Assembly (NCBI GenBank): GCA_035697515.1
Contig: DASSCS010000038.1
Coordinates: 3,400 to 67,399 of the forward strand
DNA length: 64,000 bases
Direction: 5' to 3'
Source: Acidimicrobiales bacterium
GTDB lineage: Bacteria > Actinomycetota > Acidimicrobiia > Acidimicrobiales > VFJN01
Shown here: piece by piece, positions 34,444 to 43,061 of the stretch
Position numbering within the stretch: the stretch's first letter is position 1
Layout of the letters: every line of letters begins with the position of its first letter
Translations under genes and position numbers: made by a program
Notes under the pieces: model-generated
The model's input: the letters and a program-made list of their open reading frames with translations, nothing else
Told to the model about the DNA's origin: nothing
Database searches by the model: none

Positions 34444-35652
34444 ATGACGGTCGACGGACGGCAGGTGCCTGCGGAGGCCGACCGCGCCCGCATGCGGGCC
34501 GAGCGTCATGCGAAGCTCCAACACGAGCTCGCCGCCCAGGGCCTCGACGGGCTCCTCCTGCTCGGCACCAGCGCCGTCACCTACGCCACCGGCGCCGAGT
34601 CCCCCGGCTGCGACAGCGGGCGGGCGGCGCTCCTGCGCCCGGTCGCCGTCGTCGTGGCGGGCGCCGAGCACCCGCACCTGTTCACGCCCTACCCCGAGGG
34701 GGTGCCCGCCGAGCTGCCGTCCGACCACCTGCACCCCGCCGTCGTGCCGGATCTGGACGACGGCGCCGCCACCCTCGCCGGCGAGCTGCGGGCCCTCTTC
34801 GCCGGGAGCTCCCGGCTGGGTTGCGACGAGGTGCCCCACGCCGTCGCCCGTGCCCTCGGGGGTGTCCGGCTCCTGCCGGCGTCGGGTGTGCTGGGACCGG
34901 CGAAGCTGTGCAAGACCGTCGACGAGCTGGCCTGCATCCGCCGGGCGCAGCGCGTCAACGAGCAGGCGATGCTCGACGTTCGGCCGCTGCTGCGCCCTGG
35001 CGTCACCCAGACCGACCTGAGCGCGCGGTTCCTCCGCCGCGTGGTCGAGCTGGGAGCCGAGCAGATCGGCATCGACCCCATCTGGCAGCCGATGCCGCCC
35101 TCCAGGGCCGACGGTCCCTGGACGGTCCACGGCGATCTCGCGTTCCCCCTCCCGAGCGCCCCGCGCCAGCTGGCGGAGGGCGATGTCGTCTGGGTCGACA
35201 CCGGCATCCACGTCGGCGGCTATGCCTCGGACTTCGGCCGCACCTGGATCGTCGGCGACGACCCCACGCCGACGCCGCGCCAGCAGGCGCAGTTCGAGCG
35301 GTGGCGGAACGTGGTGGACGCCGTGCTCGCGCTGTGCAAGCCGGGCGTCTCGGCCCTCGAGCTGGGCCGGGCGGCGAGGGCCGCCGAAGGCGGCGGCAGG
35401 CCCTGGATCGAGCACTTCTACCTGGCGCACGGCGTCGGGACCGACAGCGCCGAGATGCCGCTGATCGGTACCGACCTCGGCGATGCGTTCGACGAGACGC
35501 TGGTGATGGCCGCCGGCATGGTCCTCGTGCTCGAGCCGGTGATCTGGGACGACGGCGCCGCCGGCTACCGCTCCGAGGACATCGTGGCCATCACTGACGA
35601 CGGCTGGATGCCCCTCAGCGACCACCCCTACGACCCGTTCGTCGCCGCATGA
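34444..35652 (+). CDS. M24 family metallopeptidase-fold protein (creatinase/Xaa-Pro peptidase-like)
   Basis: Pita-bread motifs are present with all five metal-ligand positions: VDTG, GYASDFGRT, AHGVG, VLVLEP and YRSEDIV. Confidence 0.8.
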   Translation: MTVDGRQVPAEADRARMRAERHAKLQHELAAQGLDGLLLLGTSAVTYATGAESPGCDSGRAALLRPVAVVVAGAEHPHLFTPYPEGVPAELPSDHLHPAVVPDLDDGAATLAGELRALFAGSSRLGCDEVPHAVARALGGVRLLPASGVLGPAKLCKTVDELACIRRAQRVNEQAMLDVRPLLRPGVTQTDLSARFLRRVVELGAEQIGIDPIWQPMPPSRADGPWTVHGDLAFPLPSAPRQLAEGDVVWVDTGIHVGGYASDFGRTWIVGDDPTPTPRQQAQFERWRNVVDAVLALCKPGVSALELGRAARAAEGGGRPWIEHFYLAHGVGTDSAEMPLIGTDLGDAFDETLVMAAGMVLVLEPVIWDDGAAGYRSEDIVAITDDGWMPLSDHPYDPFVAA

Positions 35653-36791
35653 CCACGCTCGCCGAGCCCTCGCGCGTCGACGACGTCGAGGTGCGTGCCG
35701 ACCGTCGGCGGCGCCTGTTCGCCGCCATGGCCGAGCGCCACCTCGACGTGCTCGTTCTCGGGCGGCCCGCCGAGGTGGCCTTCGCCTCCGGGGCCCGCCA
35801 GCTCTGGACCGCCGGATCGCGCCCCTTCGGTCCCGCGTGCGTCGCGGTGCGGACGACCGGTCACACCCACCTGCTGTCGGTGTCCGACCACGACGTGCCG
35901 CCCGAGGTCGTCCACGACGACCTCTTCGGCCTGTCGTGGAACCCCGCCAACATCGCCGCCTCGCTGGGCCGCATCCCCGGTCTACGCGAGGCGAGGCGGG
36001 TGGGGACCACCTCGTCGACCCCCGGGTTCCCGCGCCTCCTGGCCGCCGTGGCGCCCGTGGCCGAGGTCGTCGACGGCAGCGAGGCCGTCTGGGCGGCGCG
36101 GTCGCCCAAGAGCGCCGCCGAGGTCGCTCGCATCACCGCCGCCGTCGCGATCGCCCAGGCCGCGCTCGCCGCCATGGTCGACGCCCTCCGCCCGGGCGCC
36201 ACCGAGCGGGGCCTGGTCGCCGCCTACCTCGAGGCCATCGCGTCCGTCGGTGCGCCGACCCCGCCGACCGAGGGCGTGGCGTGCGCCACCCCGAGCCGCG
36301 GCCCGGTCGGGCTGCGGCGCATCGCCACGGGTGCCCCGATCGAAGCCGGGCAGCTCGTCGTGCTCGATCCGGGCGGCCACTACCGGGGCTACGAGGGCGG
36401 GCTCGGCCGCACCTGGGTGGCGGGGGGCGCCGCCTCCGATCGCCAGCGGGCGCTGGCACGCCGCTGCCGCGCCGCCCTCGACGCCGTCCTCGCCGCCTGC
36501 CGGGCGGGCGCCACCGGCGGCGACCTCGTCGCCGCCTGGGCGTCGTGCGGCGAGGCGCTCCCGGCTGTGCCGCTGGCCCACGGGGTGGGGCTGGGCGTCG
36601 AACCGCCGATCATCGGCGCGGGCGTCGGTGCCGCGAGCGCGCTGGGGCCGGACACGGTCCTCGCCGTCACCGGGTGGGTCGCCGAAGAGGGCGTCGGTGG
36701 GTTCCTCGAACGGGACCTGGTGCTCGTCACCGAGGGGGACCCCCGGGTGCTGACCACGAGTGGCCGGGGCCCGGCCGGGAACGGGGCGTGA
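35649..36791 (+). CDS. M24-fold paralogue with degenerate metal site
   Basis: ATGA overlap with the first M24 gene. Same fold markers (LDPG, GLGRTW, AHGVG), but by-eye alignment puts Gly and Thr where the second Asp and one Glu ligand should be. Confidence 0.75.
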   Translation: MTTLAEPSRVDDVEVRADRRRRLFAAMAERHLDVLVLGRPAEVAFASGARQLWTAGSRPFGPACVAVRTTGHTHLLSVSDHDVPPEVVHDDLFGLSWNPANIAASLGRIPGLREARRVGTTSSTPGFPRLLAAVAPVAEVVDGSEAVWAARSPKSAAEVARITAAVAIAQAALAAMVDALRPGATERGLVAAYLEAIASVGAPTPPTEGVACATPSRGPVGLRRIATGAPIEAGQLVVLDPGGHYRGYEGGLGRTWVAGGAASDRQRALARRCRAALDAVLAACRAGATGGDLVAAWASCGEALPAVPLAHGVGLGVEPPIIGAGVGAASALGPDTVLAVTGWVAEEGVGGFLERDLVLVTEGDPRVLTTSGRGPAGNGA

Positions 36792-36793
36792 CC

Positions 36794-38044
36794 ATGGCCG
36801 AGCGGGTCACCGTCGACTTCGACCACCACGACCGGGCATGGCACGCCGACCGGGCCGAGAGGTGGCGCGAGCTACGGCGTTGCCCCGTCGCCTTCAACGA
36901 GCGCTACGGCGGCTTCTGGGTGGTGAGCGGCTACGACGAGGTGGCGACCGTGTCCCGCGACGGCGAGACGTTCTCCAGCAGGCACGCCCCCGAGCCCGAG
37001 GACGGCGTCCGCTACCTCGGCATCGCCGGCATCCCCCGCGGCAAGGCCATCCCCACCGCCGGCATCGCCGAGGTGGAGGGTCCCACGCACACGGCACTGC
37101 GGCGGGTGATGAACCCGTTCCTGGTGCCCAACGCCGTCGCCCGGATGCGGCCCCTCATGCAGGCGGCCAGCACCTGGTTCCTCGATCAGCGGATCGAGCG
37201 CGGCACCCTGGACCTGGTGCTCGACCTGGCGAACCCTGTGCCCGCGATCCTCACCATGGAGCTCGTCGGCCTTCCACTCGACGACTGGAAGGCGTACGCC
37301 GACCTGTTCCACGGCACGATCGCCCACCGCCCCGGCGACCCCGAGTTCGACCAGGCAGTGGCCAACGTGCCCGTCATGCTCGCCCGGCTCGGCGAGGTCG
37401 CCACCGAACGCCGGGCGCACCCGGGCGACGACGTGCTCAGCGCGCTCGTGCAGGCGGACGTGGGCGGCCGCCGCCTCACCGACGGCGAGGTGCAGAGCGT
37501 GCTGTGGAACCTGATCGGCGGCGGGCTCGACACCACGACCTCCCTGACCTCGCTCTCGCTCCACCACCTCGACGCCCACCCCGAGCTCCGCGCCCAGCTC
37601 ATCGACCATCCCGAGCTGATCGGTGCCGCCACCGAGGAGTTCCTGCGCTTCTTCTCGGTGAACGAGACCCTCACCCGCACGATCACCCACGACACCGAGC
37701 TGGGCGGACAGCAGCTCCGTCGCGGCGAGCACCTGATGCTCAGCTGGCTGTCGGCCAACCGCGACGAGTCGGTGTTCGACCGGGCCGACGAGGTCGTGCT
37801 CGATCGCGCCGCCAACCCCCACCTCGCCTTCGGCGTCGGGCCCCACCGCTGCATCGGCATGCACATGGCCCGGACGATGTTCCAGGTGCTGCTCGCCGAG
37901 GTCCTCACGCGCCTTCCCGACTACGCGGTCGACCGCGAGGCCACCCGGTTCTACGCCGGGAACCCCGAGCTCAACGGCGTGGTGACCATGCCGGCGACGT
38001 TCACCCCCGGCCCGAGGATTGGGCCCCGCCAGCGGCCGTTCTGA
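36794..38044 (+). CDS. Cytochrome P450
   Basis: I-helix LIGGGLDTTTS, ExxR (EEFLRF) and heme loop FGVGPHRCIGMHMA. The ATG lies 2 nt after the M24 stop. Confidence 0.9.
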   Translation: MAERVTVDFDHHDRAWHADRAERWRELRRCPVAFNERYGGFWVVSGYDEVATVSRDGETFSSRHAPEPEDGVRYLGIAGIPRGKAIPTAGIAEVEGPTHTALRRVMNPFLVPNAVARMRPLMQAASTWFLDQRIERGTLDLVLDLANPVPAILTMELVGLPLDDWKAYADLFHGTIAHRPGDPEFDQAVANVPVMLARLGEVATERRAHPGDDVLSALVQADVGGRRLTDGEVQSVLWNLIGGGLDTTTSLTSLSLHHLDAHPELRAQLIDHPELIGAATEEFLRFFSVNETLTRTITHDTELGGQQLRRGEHLMLSWLSANRDESVFDRADEVVLDRAANPHLAFGVGPHRCIGMHMARTMFQVLLAEVLTRLPDYAVDREATRFYAGNPELNGVVTMPATFTPGPRIGPRQRPF

Positions 38045-38104
38045 GACGGCATCCACCGACGCCGCGCCAAGCTCGCCCAGTCAGCCACACATCGGGGGAA
38101 CGCC

Positions 38105-40384
38105 ATGGAGCAGCACGAGTTCGCCGGGACGATCTCGCCGTACCACTGGGATGCCGTGGCCCACTGGCCCGACCCGCCCCACCCGCCCGCCGGCGCCCCG
38201 AACGTGGTCGTCGTGCTGCTCGACGACGTCGGGTTCGCCCAGCTGGGGTGCTTCGGCTCCGACATCGCGACCCCGCACCTCGATCGTCTCGCCGCGCGTG
38301 GGCTGCGCTACACGAACTTCCACACGACCGCGCTGTGCTCGCCCACCAGGGCCTGTGTGCTCACGGGCCGCAACCATCACAGCGCCGGCATGGGCCGCAT
38401 CATCGAGCTCGCAACCGGGTTCCCCGGCTACGACGCCCGCATCCCGCCCTCGGTCGGGTTCCTCCCCGAGATGCTGACCCCGCACGGCTACGCCGCCTAC
38501 GCGGTGGGCAAGTGGCACCTCACCCCGGAGGAGGAGACCCATCTCGGTGCCAGCCGCGCGCGCTGGCCGCTCGGGCGCGGCTTCGAGCGCTTCTACGGCT
38601 TCTTCGGCGGCGAGACCCACCAGAACGCGCCCGCCCTCGTGTACGACAGCCATCAGGTCACCCCGCCCCGCTCGATCGCCGAGGGCTACCACCTCACCGA
38701 GGACCTCGTCGACCGGGCCGTCGAGTTCCTCGTCGACCTGCGTCACGGCGACCACGACAAGCCCTTCCTGCTCTACCTGGCCACCGGGGCGTGCCACTCG
38801 CCCCACCAGGCGCCGCGCCAGTGGATCGACCGCTACCGCGGTGCGTTCGACGGCGGCTGGGACGAGTGGCGCGACCGCACGCTGGCCCGCCAGGTCGAGA
38901 TGGGGCTGCTGCCCGAGGGCACCCGGCTCTCGCCCCGGCCCGACTGGGTGCCGGCCTGGGCCTCGCTGCCCGACCGGGCCCGGGCGGTCTACGCCCGGTA
39001 CATGGAGGCCTTCGCCGGGTTCCTCTCCCACACGGACCACCACCTCGGCCGCCTGGTCGACCACCTCGAGCGCACCGGAGAGGACGAGTCCACCCTGTTG
39101 ATGGTCCTGTCGGACAACGGGGCCAGCTCCGAGGGCGGGCCGGTCGGGTCGCTCAACGACGTCCGCACCTGGAACGCGGTGCCGCACGACGTGGACGAGG
39201 CGTGGGCGCGGCTCGACGAGATCGGCGGCCCGACGATCCACAACAACTACCCGTGGGGGTGGACGGTGGCCGGCAACACGCCGTTCCGGCGGTGGAAGCG
39301 CGAGGTCCACGAGGGCGGCGTGGCCGATCCCCTGATCGTGCACTGGCCGGCCCGGGTACCACCCGGTGACGGTGCCGCGCTGCGCCGCCAGTACGTGCAC
39401 GCGATCGACCTGGTGCCCACCATCCTCGAGGCCGTTGGCGTCGAGGCGCCGCAGGAGATCCGGGGCGTGGCCCAGCGGCCGATCGAGGGTGTGAGCTTCC
39501 TCGACACGCTCACCGACCCGCAGGCGCCCGACCGTCACGTCACCCAGTACTACGAGATGTTCGGGTGCCGGGCCATCTACCAGGACGGCTGGAAGGCGGT
39601 GGTGTACCACCCGATCCAGGACGATCGGCCCGGCCTCGACCGCGCGCCCTGGGAGCTCTACGACCTGCGGACCGATCCGACGGAGTGCGACGACCGGGCG
39701 GCGGCCGAGCCCGAACGGCTGGCGAGCATGATCGAGGCCTGGTGGGTCGAGGCCGCCCGCCACCAGGTGCTCCCCCTCGACAACCGGCCGTTCTCCGACC
39801 TGGTGCTCGAACGCCCCAGCGGCGTCCGGCCACGCCGGCGGTACGTGTACCACCCGCACACGGCGATGACGCCCGAGGCGGCGGCGGTGAACGTGCGCAA
39901 CCGTCCGCACGTCGTACGGGCCAGCATCGACGTGCCCCCCGGCGGGGCACGAGGCGTGATCATCTCGCAGGGGTCGGTGCTCGGCGGCTGGGCCCTCTAC
40001 CTCACCGACGACGGCCGCCCCTGCTACGTGCACAACCTCTGCGGCAGGGAGCAGCACCGTGTCGCGTCACCGGTCGCCGCCGCACCCGGGAGGCACCGGG
40101 TCGAGCTCGACTACGGGCACGTGGCCGCCGCCGCCAAGCGGGCCGAGCTCCTGGTCGACGGCGCGGTCGTCGCCGCGGCCGACATCCCGACGTTCACCTG
40201 GAGCCGCTTCTCGCTCACGGGTGCGGGGCTGTGCTGCGGCTGGTCGATGGCACCAGCGGTGGCCGACGACGTCGTGGCGCCCGCCCGGTTCACCGGCGGG
40301 CTCGACCCGGTGGTGGTGGAGGTCGACGGTGACCCGGTCGTCGACCCGATCGCCGAGGCGATCGACGTGATCACGAGCCAGTGA
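38105..40384 (+). CDS. Arylsulfatase (Cys-type, formylglycine-dependent) with large C-terminal extension
   Basis: VVVLLDDVGF ... CSPTRACVLTGRNHH (C-x-P-x-R motif), GKWHL and LSDNGAS motifs. 759 aa. Confidence 0.9.
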   Translation: MEQHEFAGTISPYHWDAVAHWPDPPHPPAGAPNVVVVLLDDVGFAQLGCFGSDIATPHLDRLAARGLRYTNFHTTALCSPTRACVLTGRNHHSAGMGRIIELATGFPGYDARIPPSVGFLPEMLTPHGYAAYAVGKWHLTPEEETHLGASRARWPLGRGFERFYGFFGGETHQNAPALVYDSHQVTPPRSIAEGYHLTEDLVDRAVEFLVDLRHGDHDKPFLLYLATGACHSPHQAPRQWIDRYRGAFDGGWDEWRDRTLARQVEMGLLPEGTRLSPRPDWVPAWASLPDRARAVYARYMEAFAGFLSHTDHHLGRLVDHLERTGEDESTLLMVLSDNGASSEGGPVGSLNDVRTWNAVPHDVDEAWARLDEIGGPTIHNNYPWGWTVAGNTPFRRWKREVHEGGVADPLIVHWPARVPPGDGAALRRQYVHAIDLVPTILEAVGVEAPQEIRGVAQRPIEGVSFLDTLTDPQAPDRHVTQYYEMFGCRAIYQDGWKAVVYHPIQDDRPGLDRAPWELYDLRTDPTECDDRAAAEPERLASMIEAWWVEAARHQVLPLDNRPFSDLVLERPSGVRPRRRYVYHPHTAMTPEAAAVNVRNRPHVVRASIDVPPGGARGVIISQGSVLGGWALYLTDDGRPCYVHNLCGREQHRVASPVAAAPGRHRVELDYGHVAAAAKRAELLVDGAVVAAADIPTFTWSRFSLTGAGLCCGWSMAPAVADDVVAPARFTGGLDPVVVEVDGDPVVDPIAEAIDVITSQ

Positions 40385-40469
40385 TCGACCTGGCGGCGAT
40401 TGGGACCAACGGCCCTGGCCACTGGCACCTCCGAGGCCCACGATCGTCACAACGACGAGGAGGCGACCC

Positions 40470-40853
40470 ATGCTGCAGCGCTCGACCACAGTCAACCCGC
40501 CACCGTTGCCGACTCGCCCCCTGCGGGTGCTCATCGAAGACCCCGCGCTGGTTGCCGACGACCTGGCCACCCCGACCGCCGCCATCGACGTCACGGCGTG
40601 CAGCGGGCCGTGTGACGAACGAGAGCCGTGCCCGCTCGTCATGGACGGCCGCTGCCCGCTCGGGCCGTGCGACATCGTCGTCTCGGCGCTCACCGGGCCG
40701 TGGGCGCCCGCCGTGCGCGCGGCGTGGGCCGAGACGTCCACGCCGGTGGTCGACGCCGCCGGCCTCACCGCCACCGATCCGGCGGAACGGTTGCGGCACC
40801 ACATCGGCGCTGCGATCAAGCGCCTCTGGCCGACGTACAGCGCGATCGAGTAG
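40470..40853 (+). CDS. Small Cys-rich hypothetical protein
   Basis: GAGGAGG lies 6 nt before the ATG, and third-position GC is high. 127 aa with a five-Cys cluster, ACSGPCDEREPCPLVMDGRCPLGPC. No family recognised. Confidence 0.55.
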   Translation: MLQRSTTVNPPPLPTRPLRVLIEDPALVADDLATPTAAIDVTACSGPCDEREPCPLVMDGRCPLGPCDIVVSALTGPWAPAVRAAWAETSTPVVDAAGLTATDPAERLRHHIGAAIKRLWPTYSAIE

Positions 40854-40874
40854 CTCGGTGCGCAGCTGAGGGCC

Positions 40875-41723
40875 TCACCGCCGACCTCGCTGCCCGAGGA
40901 TCCGGTGGGCAGCGCCGCCGAGGAACAGGCCCATGCCCTCCTCGGACAGGGGCAGCCGGCGCGCCGCGTCGAGGGCCTTGCGGGCGGGGATCACGGGATG
41001 GTCGGAGGCGAACAGGACCCGGCCACGGCCGCGGGACGAGTCCATGAACCGCACCAGCGCGGGATCCATGTACGTGGCGAGGTAGGCCGAGGTCATCAGG
41101 TGCAGCTGCGGCCACTTGAGCATGTACTGGATCAGGAGCGCCTCGTAGGGGTGGCCCATGTGGGCGCCCACCACGGTGAGGCCCGGGAAGTCGATGAGCA
41201 CGTCCTCGAGGAGCACCGGATCCTGGCAGCGCGAGCGCACCTGCGGACCGGGCACGCCGATGTTGATCGACACCGGCAGCCCCAGCTCCTCGCAGGTGGC
41301 GTACACGGGGTAGTAGAGGCGGTGGTTCAGTTCGTACTGCTCGACGAGCGGCGTGACCCGCACCGTCGCCACCGCCGGGTGCCGGGCCAGCTCGCGGATG
41401 CGGGCGCAGTTGCGGCCCGGCCTGGCGGCCCGCTCGACGGTGGGCGCGACGAGGAACCGGCCCGGATGCTCGTCGGCGATGGCGATGGCGTCCTCGGCGG
41501 CGTGGCCTCCCGCGCGGCGCGACCGCTCGGGCTCCGACAGGCCGGTCGTGAGCACGCCGAGGTCGATGCCGGCGTCGTCCATGGCCCCGAGCAGGCCCTC
41601 GACCGTGGGGCTCGTGGCCAGGTCGGCGCCGAACAGCTCCACCACGCCCTGCTGGGGCTCCTGCGCCACCCACTGCGCGGCGAACCCCTCGGGGATCAGG
41701 TTCACCCACCCGTCCACGATCAT
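40875..41723 (-). CDS. Amidohydrolase_2 (ACMSD/LigW-type TIM-barrel metal hydrolase) family protein
   Basis: 282 aa. MIVDGWVNL start, GAHMGHPY and the C-terminal LFASDHP motif. Confidence 0.8.
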   Translation of the reverse strand: MIVDGWVNLIPEGFAAQWVAQEPQQGVVELFGADLATSPTVEGLLGAMDDAGIDLGVLTTGLSEPERSRRAGGHAAEDAIAIADEHPGRFLVAPTVERAARPGRNCARIRELARHPAVATVRVTPLVEQYELNHRLYYPVYATCEELGLPVSINIGVPGPQVRSRCQDPVLLEDVLIDFPGLTVVGAHMGHPYEALLIQYMLKWPQLHLMTSAYLATYMDPALVRFMDSSRGRGRVLFASDHPVIPARKALDAARRLPLSEEGMGLFLGGAAHRILGQRGRR

Positions 41724-41730
41724 GGGGCGG

Positions 41731-41736
41731 ACAGTA
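41731..41736 (-). promoter_or_regulatory. -10 hexamer (TACTGT) of a leaderless promoter
   Basis: The reverse strand reads TACTGT-ccgcccc-ATG (start 41723). 7-nt spacing and no SD. Confidence 0.5.
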
Positions 41737-41737
41737 C

Positions 41738-41753
41738 CTGACGCAAGTGTCAG
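41738..41753. promoter_or_regulatory. Recurring palindromic box, copy 4 (CTGACGCAAGTGTCAG, perfect dyad)
   Basis: Sits 1 nt beyond the minus-strand -10 and 16 nt before the plus-strand -10, in a 60-nt gap between two divergent amidohydrolase genes. Confidence 0.55.
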
Positions 41754-41769
41754 AAGCTGCGGTCGAGAC

Positions 41770-41775
41770 TACGAT
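41770..41775 (+). promoter_or_regulatory. -10 hexamer (TACGAT) of a probable leaderless promoter
   Basis: TACGAT-cctgggcc-ATG (start 41784). 8-nt spacing and no SD. Confidence 0.4.
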
Positions 41776-41783
41776 CCTGGGCC

Positions 41784-42986
41784 ATGGTGGAGCTCGGGTT
41801 CCGGGCGTTCGACGCCGACAACCACTACTACGAGGCCGAGGACGCCTTCATCCGCCACATCGAGCCCTCGATGGCGAAGCGCTGCATGCAGTGGGCCGAG
41901 GTCGACGGCAAGAGGCGCCTGCTGGTGGCGGGGAAGATCAACAGGTTCATCCCCAACCCCACGTTCGACCCGATCGCCCGGCCCGGCAGCCTCGAGGACT
42001 ACTTCCGCGGCCGCAACGAGGCCGGCCTCGACCTCAAGACGATGTTCGGCGAGCTGGAGCCCCTCGATCGCCATCCCGGCTTCCGCGACCGCGACGCCCG
42101 CCTCGCGCTGCTCGACGAGCAGGGCATGGAGGGGGCCCTGCTGTTCCCGACGCTCGGAGTCGGTATGCAGGAGGCCCTTCGGCGCGACCTCCCCGCCCTC
42201 CACGCGGCCTTCACGGCGTTCAACACCTGGCTCGACGAGGACTGGGGCTTCGACCGCGGCGACGGCCGCCTCTACGCCGCGCCGCTGGTCACGTTCGCCG
42301 ACCCCGACCGGGCGGCCGCCGAGGTGGCGCGGGTGCTCGACGCCGGGGCACGCATCCTCGTGACGATCCCCGGTCCGGTCCCCGACGGCGACGGCGGCTA
42401 CTTGTCACCCGGCCATCACCGGTTCGACAAGGTGTGGCGCCTGATCGACGAGTCGGGCGTTCCGCTCGCCATCCACGCCGGGCTCAGCGGGGTGAGCCAC
42501 TACGGCAGCTTCTGGCGGGCGGGAGGCGAGCCCGGCGGCGGCTTCGAGGGCTTCCGGCACGCGGCGTTCCCGCTGGTGGCCTTCCAGGACCGCGGCATCT
42601 CCGACACGTTCGCCGCCCTCATCTGCCACGGTGTGCTGGAGCGGTTCCCCCGCCTGAGGCTGGCGTCCATCGAGAACGGTGCGATGTGGGTGCCCGACCT
42701 GCTCAGGAACCTCGCGGACGCCTGGGGCAAGATGCCGTTCGCGTTCAAGGACCACCCGGTCGAGCAGTTCACGCGCCACGTGTGGGTCGCCCCGTACTAC
42801 GAGGACGACATGGCGATGCTGAAGGACACCCTCGGCGTCGAGCGGCTGCTCTTCGGCTCCGACTTCCCGCACACCGAGGGCCTGGCCGAGCCGACGGCGT
42901 TCGTGAAGGACATCCCGACCTTCACCGCGGCCGAGACCCGCACGGTCATGCGCGACAACGTCCTCGAGCTCATCGGCGCGGCCTGA
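41784..42986 (+). CDS. Amidohydrolase_2 family protein (400-aa class)
   Basis: FDADNHYYE N-terminus, IPNPTFDP and LLFGSDFPHTEG. A clear paralogue of 53571..54764. Confidence 0.8.
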   Translation: MVELGFRAFDADNHYYEAEDAFIRHIEPSMAKRCMQWAEVDGKRRLLVAGKINRFIPNPTFDPIARPGSLEDYFRGRNEAGLDLKTMFGELEPLDRHPGFRDRDARLALLDEQGMEGALLFPTLGVGMQEALRRDLPALHAAFTAFNTWLDEDWGFDRGDGRLYAAPLVTFADPDRAAAEVARVLDAGARILVTIPGPVPDGDGGYLSPGHHRFDKVWRLIDESGVPLAIHAGLSGVSHYGSFWRAGGEPGGGFEGFRHAAFPLVAFQDRGISDTFAALICHGVLERFPRLRLASIENGAMWVPDLLRNLADAWGKMPFAFKDHPVEQFTRHVWVAPYYEDDMAMLKDTLGVERLLFGSDFPHTEGLAEPTAFVKDIPTFTAAETRTVMRDNVLELIGAA

Positions 42987-43019
42987 CCCGCTCGGGCCGC
43001 CGGTGGCCCGGCCGCTAAC

Positions 43020-43035
43020 GTGACGTGATCGTTAG
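43020..43035. promoter_or_regulatory. Recurring palindromic box, copy 5 (GTGACGTGATCGTTAG)
   Basis: Lies 27 nt upstream of the acyl-CoA dehydrogenase GTG. An extra CTAAC half-site abuts it at 43015-43019. Confidence 0.45.
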
Positions 43036-43061
43036 ACGGGTGCGCGCCCAGAGGGAGGCAC

